A stretch of 64,000 nt of DNA from Macrostomum lignano (taxonomy: Eukaryota): contig NIVC01003794.1 in assembly GCA_002269645.1 (NCBI GenBank), forward strand, positions 12,456 through 76,455. The letters run 5' to 3'. Made by a program: the position numbers and the translations under genes. Positions 1-12,551 of this stretch are shown here, one piece after another; position 1 is the stretch's first letter; every line of letters starts with the position of its first letter. Below the pieces are notes generated by a model. The model was given only the letters and a program-made list of their open reading frames with translations, did no database searches and had not been told where the DNA came from.

Positions 1-420
1 AGGAGAAAGGAGAGATGGGAGAGGAGAGAGGAGAGAGGAGAGAGGAGAGAGGAGAGAGGAGAGAGGAGAGAGGAGAGAGGAGAAAGGAGAGATGGGAGAA
101 GAGACAGGAGAGATGGGAGAGGAGAGAGGAGAAAGGAGAGAGGGGAGAGGAGAGATGAGAGAGGAGAGAGGAGAGAGGAGAAAGGAGAGATGGGAGAGGA
201 GAGAGGAGAGAGGAGAGAGGAGAGAGGAGAGAGGAGAGAGGAGAGAGGAGAAAGGAGAGATGGGAGAGGAGAGAGGAGAGAGGAGAGAGGAGAGAGGAGA
301 GAGTAGAGAGGAGAGAGAAGAGACAGGAGAGATGGGAGAGGAGAGGAGATATTATAAAGAAGAGATAAGAAAGGAGAGATGAGAAAAGAGAGGAGAGAAG
401 ACAGCAGAGAGGAGATGAAG
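1..420. repeat. Purine-only (AGGAG/AGAGG)n low-complexity repeat
   Basis: Near-continuous aggag units; the 92..382 ORF is only its E/R/G translation. Confidence 0.95.
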
Positions 421-686
421 TGAGAGAGGGAGAGGAGATCAGATAAAGTGGGAGAGGGGAGACAGAAGAGTTCAGAAAGTTCAGCCAGAAGAAGCAGAGG
501 AAGGACAGGAGAACAGACAGAACCGGGAAAGTTTCTGTCGACTCGGGTTCCGGTTCTCAAAAAATCGTATTTTCGTGTCAAGCGCCGATATGTAGCGCAT
601 TCGCTAGCACCCAGTTCCTTAGGCTAAGCGGAATCGCCACTGAAGTTCAAAAAACGATGCGCGGAGAAGAAAGCAACGCAGTTTAC

Positions 687-1612
<926 letters not shown>

Positions 1613-3046
1613 CTGAGAGAGCTTCAATTCTCGATGATCATGGGTTTTCAATGCCTCTAGAACTAAGAGCGTTGACCAAATAGAAAGATGATATCCTCAT
1701 AAAGCATATTATACGCGTAATAAATTTAGAAATGATTTAGATTCAATTTATTTATAGTATTCGCTAAGGCTGTCAAAATCAAAGATTTGTTTGCTCGTAT
1801 CTTTCAAGGTCGGTGATTGGTTACGCCCAATCGTGACGTGATCGCGTGACCGGATGGACATACAATCGTTTCCTCTCCCTGAACGAACGCTGATTGGTTG
1901 GCTCAAGGTCAGCATTCTTGCAAGGATAGCTCACGCGCTACAAGCATGTAAGCGAGTGAAATAAGTTGGGGGGACGAATCACGTGACCTTGACGTGAACA
2001 GATCTTTTTATGCCTTGAATATTGTTCCTCGCTTTCCCATTTGCAGTTCGTGTTTAGTTAAAGATTTTAAAGATCTGGGAGACATCACTAGGGGCCCCGC
2101 CTAGTACAGCGTTTCAATAGCCTAATTTTAGCCTTCAGAGCACCCTTAATTAAAATTCTAGACTTGCCTAAAAGAAGGAAAAAGAAGACAAATACAGCAA
2201 ATCTGATAATTGGAACTCGGCTTAGAAAATCCTCCAAGATGTTCGCTTCAGCGAATGCCATCGTGACAGAGTGGAACTGAAACTCAGCCTATTCAAGCAG
2301 ACTGGAGTGTCTCCGGCCTGCTGCTGTTAGTTTGAGAACAGCCTCACAGCTTCTCAAGAGTCGTTGATTTAATAGAGGCGTCCTCGCATTGAATTCATTG
2401 TGAAACTAGGCAGAAATTAGTTAATCACAGGCTGGCTACAGAATCGAAAGTTCGGAACAAGGACTGCTGACACGGACATCTGAAAATATCGCTGTGCGTA
2501 TCAGCCAACGATGGTCTTTATCAACTCAGACTATTTTCTGCCAATGATTGTCTTTAGAAACCCCAATCGGATTTCTATAAGATTTTAAGTGAATTTCAGG
2601 TATATAGTTATTTTTCCCTTCAAATGAAACATATTCTCATTGCACTACTGATCGCTGCAACAGACCAGTAGTATTAAATGAAAGCGTGGCAGGGGTTGTG
2701 TTTTGATTAGCAGCATCGCTTTGCCATCAACAGGAAATTATGTTTACAGGCAGATACCTGATTCAGTGCACTGGCTTTCGCCTTGGGTGGCAGGTTTGTA
2801 AATCAAACGAGGCTTTTATTGCTGATGCGGAGGCGGCATTGACTGGCTTGGATAACATCTGGCGAGTACTTTTCTTCTGTCACGCCCTGCCAGTAGCTAT
2901 GAGAGGGGGACAGCTGCTACCGGCACCTCATACTCCAGGACTCACTGACAGCGCCAGCGACTCAAGCCAATTATGCTGGATGGAGAAGGACATCCAGTTG
3001 GAGGTGTCCATATAAAGACATTCATAATTTACATTCACATTCATTC

Positions 3047-4051
3047 AGCTTGTGTCTCAGCTGTGTTTCAGCTTGTGACTCAACTTGTGTCTCAGATTGT
3101 GTCTCAGCTTGTGTCTCAGCTTGTGTCTCAGCTTGTGTCTCAGCTTGTGTCTCAGCTTGTGTCTCAGTGTGTATCAGCTTGTGTCTCAGCTTGTGTCTCA
3201 GCTTGTGTCTCAGCTTGTGTCTCAGCTTGTGTCTCAGCTGTGTTTCAGCTTGTGACTCAACTTGTGTCTCAGCTGTGTCTCAGCTTGTGTCTCAGCTTGT
3301 GTCTCAGCTTGTTTATCAGCTTGTGTCTCAGCTTTTTTATCAGCTTGTGTCTCAACTTGTGTCTCAGCTGTGTCTCAGCTTGTGTCTCAGTGTGTCTCAG
3401 CTTGTGTCTCAGTGTGTATCAGCTTGTGTCTCAGCTTGTGTCTCAGCTTGTGTCTCAGCTGTGTTTCAGCTTGTGACTCAACTTGTGTCTCAGCTGTGTC
3501 TCAGCTTGTGTCTCAGCTTGTGTCTCAGCTTGTTTATCAGCTTGTGTCTCAGCTTTTTTATCAGCTTGTGTCTCAACTTGTGTCTCAGCTGTGTCTCAGC
3601 TTGTGTCTCAGTGTGTCTCAGCTTGTGTCTCAGTGTGTATCAGCTTGTGTCTCAGCTTGTGTCTCAGCTTGTGTCTCAGCTTGTGTCTCAGCTTGTGTCT
3701 CAGCTGTGTCTCAGCTTTTTTATCAGCTTGTGTCTCAGCTTGTGTCTCAGCTTGTGTCTCAGCTTGTGTCTCAGCTTGTGTCTCAGCTTGTGTCTCAGCT
3801 TGTTTATCAGCTTGTGTCTCAGCTTGTGTCTCGGTTTGTGTTTCAATTTGTGTCTCAGCTTGTGTCTCAGCTTGTGTCTCAGCTTGTGTCTCAGCTTGTG
3901 TCTCAGCTTGTGTCTCAGCTTGTGTCTCAGCTTGTGTCTCAGCTTGTGTCTCAGCTTGTGTCTCAGCTTGTGTCTCAGTTTGTGTCTCAGATTGTGTCTC
4001 AGCTTGTGTCTCAGCTTGTGTCTCAGCTTGTGTCTCAGCTTGTGTCTCAGC
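3047..4051. repeat. 12-bp minisatellite (CAGCTTGTGTCT)n with 221-bp higher-order blocks
   Basis: Unit is directly visible. Identical ORF-track peptide starts at 3262 and 3483 give a 221-bp higher-order period. Confidence 0.97.
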
Positions 4052-4529
4052 TCAAAAATGTTTGCAGTTTTTAACAAGCTGGACCCTTAGGAGCTAGGTC
4101 CAATTTAATTTTTGCTTGCCACCTGGCATGGAGTAGCAGTTTTACGGGCGGCAAAATCCAATTGAATTTTAAACAAAACCGGATTTAAAAAAACAGTGAT
4201 GGCGGATTCGAGAGGCTGCAGGCGGATAAGCAGGCCAAGAAATAATGAAAATGTCGGGAGTGCAAAGCTCTGTTCAAAAACACACGGTCCATAGTTGTTA
4301 GGGAAACAACAAAAGCAAAGTCATCGCTCGCTAGACAGAGAGGTGAAAAAATAAATGGGCGACTCACTGCTAAGCTGCAAGTCGTGGCTGTGGGTGAAAA
4401 GTTTTTATCAAAAAAGTTCTGAAAGGATTTTTATACCATGAAGTATAATTTAGATAGTATGAAGCTCGACCGTGTGCCTGTAAAATGTCTCTTCCCGTCA
4501 CAGAATAATAATGGCATGCTCGTCTCAGA

Positions 4530-4930
4530 ATCATCCTGTCTCTCCTTCACATCCTGCCTGTCTCTCCTTCACATCCTGCCTGTCTCTCCTTCACATCCTG
4601 CCTGTCTCTCCTTCATATCCTACCTGTCTCTCCTTCACATCCTGCCTGTCTCCCCTTCACATCCTGCCTGTCTCTCCTTCACATCCTGCCTGTCTCTCCT
4701 TCACATCCTGCCTGTCTCTCCTTCACACCCTACCTGTCTCTCCTTCACATCCTGCCTGTCTCTCCTTCACATCCTGCCTGTCTCTCCTTCACATCCTGCC
4801 TGTCTCTCCTTCACATCCTGCCTGTCTCTCCCTCATGTCCTGCCTGTCTCTCCCTCATGTCCTGCCTGTCTCTCCCTCATGTCCTGCCTGTCTCTCCCTC
4901 ATGTCTCCCTAACGTCCTGCCTGTCTCTCC
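4530..4930. repeat. 22-bp minisatellite (CCTGCCTGTCTCTCCTTCACAT)n overlapping the GPCR stop codon
   Basis: About 18 units; the last unit lies inside the GPCR C-terminal codons. Confidence 0.95.
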
Positions 4931-6033
4931 CGCCCGCAACGATCGCAGCGCCGGAGCACCCGGCTGACCCCGTCGCGAATGCCGCGGTTGAAGACGATGG
5001 TGATGCAGGGCACCGCGGCGGAGTTCACGTACAGGATGTAGTAGCAGCTGATCTCCAGGTGCAGCAGGCCCATGTTGTCCAGCACCATGGGCAGCAGGCT
5101 GAAGAACTGCACCAGATTCCCCACGATCAGCGCCATCAGCGGGCGCAGCATTTGCTCTCCGCCACCGGCCTGCTGCGACAGTCGCTGCGACGGCCGCTGC
5201 TCCGGTTTCTCAGCGCTGTTCGAAGCCGCCGCGCCAGCCGCCGGAGCGGGCCCAGCCTGGCGCCGTTTCTGCCACCACCGGCCAACCAGGAGAGCCCCGG
5301 TGCCCAGGTAGCTGGCCAGGGACACCGAGTAGTTCAGCACCGCCAGGGCCGCCTTGACTAGCGCGTTCGCGCTCTGGTGCTCTGTTAGGAATCGGCAGAC
5401 CGTCTCGCTGCCGTCCGGGTCCGCCGCCAGCCCCAGCATCAACCAGACCTGCAGGCCGGCCTCGCCCAGCACGGCGACCGCCACAACGCAGCAGGCGATG
5501 CCGCGGACGGCCGCCAGGCTCCAGCGCCGGCTGAGCGGCGCGGCCACCGCCAGCAGCCGGTCGACGGCCAGCAGGCAGTAGGCGTTCGCCTCCAAGCCAA
5601 TGGTGACGTCGCGCAGGCTGGTGAGGAACTTCGGCAGCGAGTAGCCCCTGGTCAGGTAGGGGTTCTCGTCCTCGGACGGCCAGCCCGGCCAGACGCGGTC
5701 GCCGCCGGAGGTGCGGTTGTGGTAGCCGATGCCCAGATAGAACAGCATGAGCAGCAGCACGCAGCCGGCCAGCAGCTCGTAGCAGCTGAGCAGCAGCGTC
5801 AGGAAGCGGAAGGTCCTCCTGGCGCCAGCGGGGAAGCCGCCGCCGATGGTGACGGCGGAGACGATGAAGGAGTTGCCGAGGATGGCGAACAGGGCCAGGC
5901 AGGCGTACACGATGAAGAAGTGCAACCCGCTGGCCTGGCGCGGCTTGTACAGCTCGGCGAAGTCTCGGCACTGCGCACCCGCCAGCAGCAAGCCGGTCGA
6001 ATTAGCGTCGCTCGACTCATTGGCGGTTGTCAT
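4909..6033 (-). CDS. Divergent rhodopsin-like (class A) GPCR, intronless, 374 aa, ligand unknown
   Basis: Seven hydrophobic segments, N-terminal sequons NES/NST, TM1 GN (AILGNSFIV), TM3 DRL (LLAVDRLLAVAAP), ECL2 Cys (TVCRF), TM7 YVNSAAVP followed by a helix-8-like FNRGIR; GC3-rich codon usage. Confidence 0.9.
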   Translation of the reverse strand: MTTANESSDANSTGLLLAGAQCRDFAELYKPRQASGLHFFIVYACLALFAILGNSFIVSAVTIGGGFPAGARRTFRFLTLLLSCYELLAGCVLLLMLFYLGIGYHNRTSGGDRVWPGWPSEDENPYLTRGYSLPKFLTSLRDVTIGLEANAYCLLAVDRLLAVAAPLSRRWSLAAVRGIACCVVAVAVLGEAGLQVWLMLGLAADPDGSETVCRFLTEHQSANALVKAALAVLNYSVSLASYLGTGALLVGRWWQKRRQAGPAPAAGAAASNSAEKPEQRPSQRLSQQAGGGEQMLRPLMALIVGNLVQFFSLLPMVLDNMGLLHLEISCYYILYVNSAAVPCITIVFNRGIRDGVSRVLRRCDRCGRERQAGR

Positions 6034-6554
6034 GGCAACGTGTAAGCAGGTAATTTCTTGAAAGACTGGTTAAAGAGGTTTTGCTTTTAGAAGCAGCTCA
6101 GCTCAGGAGGCAGTTATAGTGGAGCCAAGACGCTCCCATTGGCTGGGGGATGGCCCTGCAAGCTGTGGACCTGCTTCCCCAGTCTCTGAGGATATCCCAA
6201 AACTCTGGCCTCATCAATTTTCAAAGTTTAAAAAGTAGAAACCTCTTACAAGGGATACAACTGGATTAACGGATATTCCTATTTTTCAGCTAGAAATTGC
6301 TTTCAAGTGCCTGTGACGCGCTCGCAGCAGGCAAAGGCTGTAAGAGTGCATCCGAATTTCGCTCAGGCGGTCACGCAGCAGCTGCGTGTCAGAGCTGAGA
6401 AAAAGGTGGCGCCACTGCGGCTCAGCTTCCTTATCTCCCATGCGGGGCCGGGGGATGGAGGCAGATCTCGGAGGCTGGAAGCTGCATCAGTCAGCGGGCA
6501 AAGTTTTCCCAATCTAAAAGTAAGAACTTAGAAATTGGTTCTTCGGAAAGAGCC

Positions 6555-7095
6555 AGAGATGTAAACAGCTGTGTCAGAGATGTGATCAGCTGTGTCAGAG
6601 ATGTAAACAGCTGTGTCAGAGATGTGATCAGCTGTGTCAGAGATGTAAACAGCTGTGTCAGAGATGTGATCAGCTGTGTCAGAGATGTCAACAGCTGTGT
6701 CAGAGATGTCAACAGCTGTGTCAGAGATGTCAACAGCTGTGTCAGAGATGTCAACAGCTGTGTCAGAGATGTCAACAGCTGTGTCAGAGATGTCAACAGC
6801 TGTGTCAGAGATGTCAACAGCTGTGTCAGAGATGTCAACAGCTGTGTCAGAGATGTCAACAGCTGTGTCAGAGATGTGATCAGCTGTGTCAGAAATGTCA
6901 AAAGCTGTGTCAGAGATGTGATATGCTGTGTCAGAAATGTGATCAGCTGTGTCAGAGATGTGATTAGCTGTGTCAGAGATGTGATCAGCTGTGTCAGAGA
7001 TGTCAACAGCTGTGTCAGAAATGTCAACAGCTGTGTCAGAGATGTGATTAGCTGTGTCAGAGATGTAATCAGCTGTGTCAGTAGTGCTATCAGCT
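6555..7095. repeat. 21-bp minisatellite (CAGCTGTGTCAGAGATGTCAA)n
   Basis: About 25 units; gives 7-aa repeat ORFs on both strands. Confidence 0.97.
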
Positions 7096-7603
7096 GTGCC
7101 AGAGGCAGTATTAACGGTGTCGATTCGGTGGCATAAAAAATGGCACTTATAGCATCCGCAATGCCGGTAGCGCATAAAAATCGCATCCTTCAGACTTCGG
7201 TCGCTCAGTCGCTGAGCCAAGTTGTTGATCCCCCCCCAATCGATAATTCCCACGGGCGCCATGTGTTGACTCGGCAAATATCGGTAAACAGAAGGCAGGG
7301 TTGGATGCTTGAGAAACAGCTGCTGGATTGGCGGCTGCCCCCGTGCTCCTGCTGGTGCTCAACACAGGCATCTGAATGTCTCTGCATAAAATGAAGCTCA
7401 CGATGTGCAAAAGTACACGATAGGGTACTCAGGAATTTCTCAGGTATCGCAATCAGAAAGAAGAAGGACTCTGAAATTTCATTCTTTGTGATGCATGCTG
7501 GAACTTTTCGGGTGCTCAGTTGAAGTGTGCTCAATAGTACTCTAACTAACCTTCATGAGGGTTGGAGGATTCGAGCACCAGCCGCAGTTCTGACCATAGA
7601 CAA

Positions 7604-10600
7604 ATGAAAAGGAAGCTCTCGAAAAAGCGGGGAAAATGTCATCAGCAGTTCGATATTTTCGAGCACAGCTTCAACCGGAAGGCCATGGCAACCAAAACTG
7701 TGACGGCCACCAGGGTGAATTCGCTGGTGCTGCACTTCAGCATCCCCGTGGCTGAGGAGCGATGCAGCCGGCGAGAAGAGGATCCGGTGGCAACGGCAAC
7801 TGATGGTGAGCTTTCTGTCTTACTGGGGGACTCGTGACCCCAGATCTGCTTCATCCACCTATTGGGGGGGGGGGCAAAGTGGCTCTGTGGGTTCAGGCGT
7901 CTGACTCTCAAAAGTCCATGCCACGGGTGGGCAAACACTTTCAACTCAAAGGGCCTGGTGTAGAAGCTAGCGCTTGGCTGCAGGCCAGAGAGAGGAGATA
8001 GGGCAGATGAGAGAGAGAGGGGAGGAGATAGAGGAGATAACGAGAGGAGAAAAAATAAACGAGGTCTTAGAAGAGGCAAACCTTGAGCGGGCCAGATTGC
8101 CATTGTGAAATTTCAAAGGACCGAGGATTGGATAGAGAGGCTTCGCTATGTGGCCATGTGGCCTGTGGGCCATAGTTTGCCGACCCCTGGTCTATGTGTT
8201 CCCTCACCCACCCCAACCCTCTTAGCTGCAGGGCGGTCCGAAGACGCAGCGGGGAGGCGAGCGTCGCCCATTCCGCTAACCCCCCAACCCTCACCCACCT
8301 CAACCCTCACCCACCCCAACCCTCACCCACCCCAACCCTCTTAGCTGCAGGGCGGTCCGAAGACGCAGCGGGGAGGCGAGCGTCGCCCATTCCGCTAACC
8401 CCCCAACCCTCACCCACCTCAACCCTCACCCACCCCAACCCTCACCCATCCCAACCCTCACCCACCCCAACCCTCACCCACCCCAACCCTCACCCACCTC
8501 AACCCTCACCCACCCCAACCCTCACCCATCCCAACCCTCACCCATCCCAACCCTCACCCACCCCAACCCTCACCCACCCCAACCCTCACCCAACCCAACC
8601 CTCACCCAACCCAACCCTCACCCACCCCAACCCTCACCCACCCCAACCCTCACCCACCCCAACCCTCACCCACCCCAACCCTCACCCACCCCAACCCTCA
8701 CCCACCCCAACCCTCACCCACCCCAACTCTCACCCATCCCAACCCTCACCCATCCCAACCCTCACCCACCCCAACCCTCACTCACCTTAACCCTCACCAC
8801 TCAACCTTCACCCAACCCTACCGAGCAGCAATATTATTGTAAAAGCATCCCACCGCCTCATCAGTATCCCTGCTGAAACTCCAGCCCCACAGAACCTCTT
8901 ACATCCTCCTCAGACTCGCGGTTCGACCTCAGCTCCGGCCGACACAACGTGGCAACCACGGCGACCGCCTCCTCCTCCACCGCCCAGCCGGGGTTCGAGG
9001 GCGACAACATCAGCCCGGCGTATTTCAGGCGCATGGCGCCCGCGCCAGCGATGGCTCGGCGCCGTCTACTGCTGGCTGTGGAGCCGCGCCGGATGGCGCC
9101 CCGGCGCCAGTGGGTCCGCGTGGGCGGCACGAGAAGCGCCGACCTGCCCGCGCCAGTGGTGTCGGACTTCTGCGTCCCGTTCGACCGCGACCTGCTGAAG
9201 AAGCTGCGGGCAAATCGTGCGGCTTTGCAAAGCATCGCGGACCGGACCTGCAGCCTGCTGTACATCCGGAAGACGCTGCTGCTCAGGGGGACTCACAGGA
9301 CCAAAACCTGGGCCAAGTACTTCATGTGCCGGTTCTACAGCCTCAAGCAGCCGCTTCTTAAACGGTGCAGTTCACCTCAGATTTCTTACTGAGCTTGTGA
9401 ATCAGCTTCAACATTTGTTCTTCATCACCATTCCCCTCCACCATTCCCCTCCACCATTCCCCTTCAACATTCCTCCTCCACCATTCCCCTCCACCATTCC
9501 CCTCCACCATTCCCCTCCACCATTCCCTCTCCACCATTCCCTCTCCACCATTCCCCTCCACCATTCCCTCTCCACCATTCCCCTCCACCATTCCCCTCCA
9601 CCATTCCCCTCCACCATTCCCCTCCACCATTCCCCTCCACCATTCCCCTCCACCATTCCCCCTTCAACATTCCTCCTCCACCATTCCCCTCCACCATTCC
9701 CCTCCACCATTCCCCTCCACCATTCCCTCTCCACCATTCCCTCTCCACCATTCCCCTCCACCATTCCCTCTCCACCATTCCCCTCCACCATTCCCCTCCA
9801 CCATTCCCCCTTCAACATTCCTCCTCCACCATTCCCCTCCACCATTCCCCTCCACCATTCCCCTCCACCATTCCCTCTCCACCATTCCCTCTCCACCATT
9901 CCCCTCCACCATTCCCTCTCCACCATTCCCCTCCACCATTCCCCTCCACCATTCCCCTCCACCATTCCCCTCCACCATTCCCCTCCACCATTCCCCTCCA
10001 CCATTCCCCCTTCAACATTCCTCCTCCACCATTCCCCTCCACCATTCCCCTCCACCATTCCCCTCCACCATTCCCTCTCCACCATTCCCTCTCCACCATT
10101 CCCCTCCACCATTCCCTCTCCACCATTCCCCTCCACCATTCCCCTCCACCATTCCCCTCCACCATTCCCCTCCACCATTCCCCTCCACCATTCCCCTCCA
10201 CCATTCCCCCTTCAACATTCCTCCTCCACCATTCCCCTCCACCATTCCCCTCCACCATTCCCCTCCACCATTCCCTCTCCACCATTCCCTCTCCACCATT
10301 CCCCTCCACCATTCCCTCTCCACCATTCCCCTCCACCATTCCCCTCCACCATTCCCCTCCACCATTCCCCTCCACCATTCCCCTCCACCATTCCCCTCCA
10401 CCATTCCCCTCCACCATTCCCCTCCACCATTCCCCTCCACCATTCCCCTCCACCATTCCCCTCCACCATTCCCCTCCACCATTCCCCTCCACCATTCCCC
10501 TCCACCATTCCCCTCCACCATTCCCCTCCACCATTCCCCTCCACCATTCCCCCTTCAACATTCCTCCTCCACCATTCCCCTCCACCATTCCCCTCCACCA

Positions 10601-11371
10601 TTCCCCTCCACCATTCCCTCTCCACCATTCCCTCTCCACCATTCCCCTCCACCATTCCCTCTCCACCATTCCCCTCCACCATTCCCCTCCACCATTCCCC
10701 TCCACCATTCCCCTCCACCATTCCCCTTCACCATTCCCCCTCCACCATTCACCCCACCATTCCCCCTCCACCATTCCCCTCCACCATTCCCCTCCACCAT
10801 TCCCCCTCCACCATTCCCTCAGCATTCCCCCTCCACCATTCCCCCCCACATTCCCCCTCCACCATTCCCCCTCCACCATTCCCTCAGCATTCCCCCTCCA
10901 CCATTCCCCCCCCACATTCCCCCTCCACCATTCCCCTCCACCATTTACCCTCCATGTCTTACCCTCGACATCTCTCCCCTCCACTTCTCTCCCCTCCACT
11001 TCTCACCCCTCCACTTCTCACCCCTCCACTTCTCACCCTCCATATCTCACCCTCTTTCTCTCTCGAATCGAACCCACCCTCCCGGAACGCCCGCCAGCTG
11101 CTTCCGCCTGCTGGAGCAGTTCGACGCGGCCTTCTGCACGCGGCACCGCTGCCAGCACGAGCGCGACCGCGTCACCCTGCTGCTCAACCGGTCGGTGCCG
11201 GAGAACACGTCGCTGCGAGTCAGCCGGCAGCGGCTGCGCAAATCCGACGACTATTTTGGCAAGATGCCGCTGCTGCCCGACCCGCACCTGGCCAGCATGG
11301 CGGCCCGGTTGACCCGGTCCTGCGTGAGCAGCAGCTCGCTGCTGGCCCAGCTGGTCGCCTGGGAGCCCTAG
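7604..11371 (+). CDS. Orphan 3-exon protein (~308-315 aa), possible degenerate KH-like domain
   Basis: Exons 7604-7805 (ATG; donor GATG|gtgagc, phase 1), 8914-9364 (acceptor cctcctcag|, alternative in-frame acceptor at 8893; donor AAACG|gtgcag, phase 2) and 11098-11371 (acceptor cccgccag|, ends TAG). All phases join without stops and codons are GC3-rich. The start codon and the weak second donor are uncertain. Confidence 0.65.
8205..8815. repeat. C-rich (CCAACCCTCACCCACC)n array with a 121-bp tandem duplication at its start
   Basis: 16-bp-like units; the block cttagctgcagggcggtccgaagacg occurs at 8221 and 8342. Confidence 0.93.
9420..11040. repeat. 13-bp C-rich minisatellite (CCATTCCCCTCCA)n filling intron 2 of the orphan gene
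   Basis: Directly visible and almost G-free on the + strand; source of the 730-aa P/S/H artefact ORF. Confidence 0.97.
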
Positions 11372-11661
11372 CGGATTCTGGCCAACGCGGATGTCAATAT
11401 GATTATTAATTGAGAGTTGCTAGGCCTCACCTGATAGCGGCTCCAAGAGCCTGTGTGACCTTGGTACCAGTTGCTTTTCAGGCAGGCTTTTTTAATGCTA
11501 AAATTTTGCATTTACCCATTTAAACAAACAAATACCGGTATGTACTCACTGATCCGATATGACTCTGATAGAAAACTTTTAAATATAATATTCGGTTATT
11601 ATTGCAAAATTTTTAACACAGATAACGCAGCAAGGATTGAAATGAAACCCGTGAATTATAG

Positions 11662-12420
11662 GAATCCAACACAAAACTGATTGGAATCCAACACAAAACT
11701 GATTGGAATCTAACACAAAACTGATTGGAATCCAACACAAAACTGATTGGAATCCAACACAAAACTGATTGATTGGAATCCAACACAAAACTGATTGGAA
11801 TCCAACACAAAACTGATTGGAATCCAACACAAAACTGATTGGAATCCAACACAAAACTGATTGGAATCCAACACAAAACTGATTGGAATCCAACACAAAA
11901 CTGATTGGAATCCAACACAAAACTGATTGGAATCCAACACAAAACTGATTGGAATCCAACACAAAACTGATTGATTGGAATCCAACACAAAACTGATTGG
12001 AATCCAACACAAAACTGAGTGGAATCCAACACAAAACTGATTGGAATCCAACACAAAACTGATTGGAATCCAACACAAAACTGATTGGAATCCAACACAA
12101 AACTGATTGGAATCCAATACAAAACTGATTGGAATCCAACACAAAACTGATTGGAATCCAACACAAAACTGATTGGAATCCAACACAAAACTGATTGGAA
12201 TCCAACACAAAACTGATTGGAATCCAACACAAAACTGATTGGAATCCAACACAAAACTGATTGATTGGAATCCAACACAAAACTGATTGATTGGAATCCA
12301 ACACAAAACTGATTGGAATCCAACACAAAACTGATTGGAATCCAACACAAAACTGATTGGAATCCAACACAAAACTGATTGGAATCTAACACAAAACTGA
12401 TTGGAATCCAACACAATACC
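11662..12420. repeat. 22-bp minisatellite (GGAATCCAACACAAAACTGATT)n
   Basis: About 34 near-identical units. Confidence 0.97.
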
Positions 12421-12551
12421 TGATTTCTTCCGACAGAAAAGTTATAAAACAAGTGTTCATTAGATCGACTGTCGCTACTTAAAGTAGGCCAGGAGCGGGC
12501 AGAGAGGGATAACGAAGAGGGATCGAAGGAAGAAGAGAGAGGAAGAGCGGT

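Noticed and set aside
2160-2990. Possible first exons (MDTSNWMSFS..., MAFAEANILE...) of the left-hand minus-strand gene
   Set aside because: Splice phases do not join consistently to the 1324-1612 exon.
3050-4097. Cys/Leu/Ser-rich ORFs up to 346 aa
   Set aside because: 12-bp repeat translation. The same applies to the ORFs over 6491-7277, 11579-12452, 12479-13447, 35308-36088, 38717-39819 and 40133-41339.
8205-8815. Interstitial telomeric repeat
   Set aside because: Units are CCCTCA/CCCAAC variants, not a consistent CCCTAA.
9217-11409. 730-aa P/S/H-rich ORF (extensin- or mucin-like)
   Set aside because: Translation of the 13-bp intronic minisatellite; it overlaps real exons in the wrong frame.
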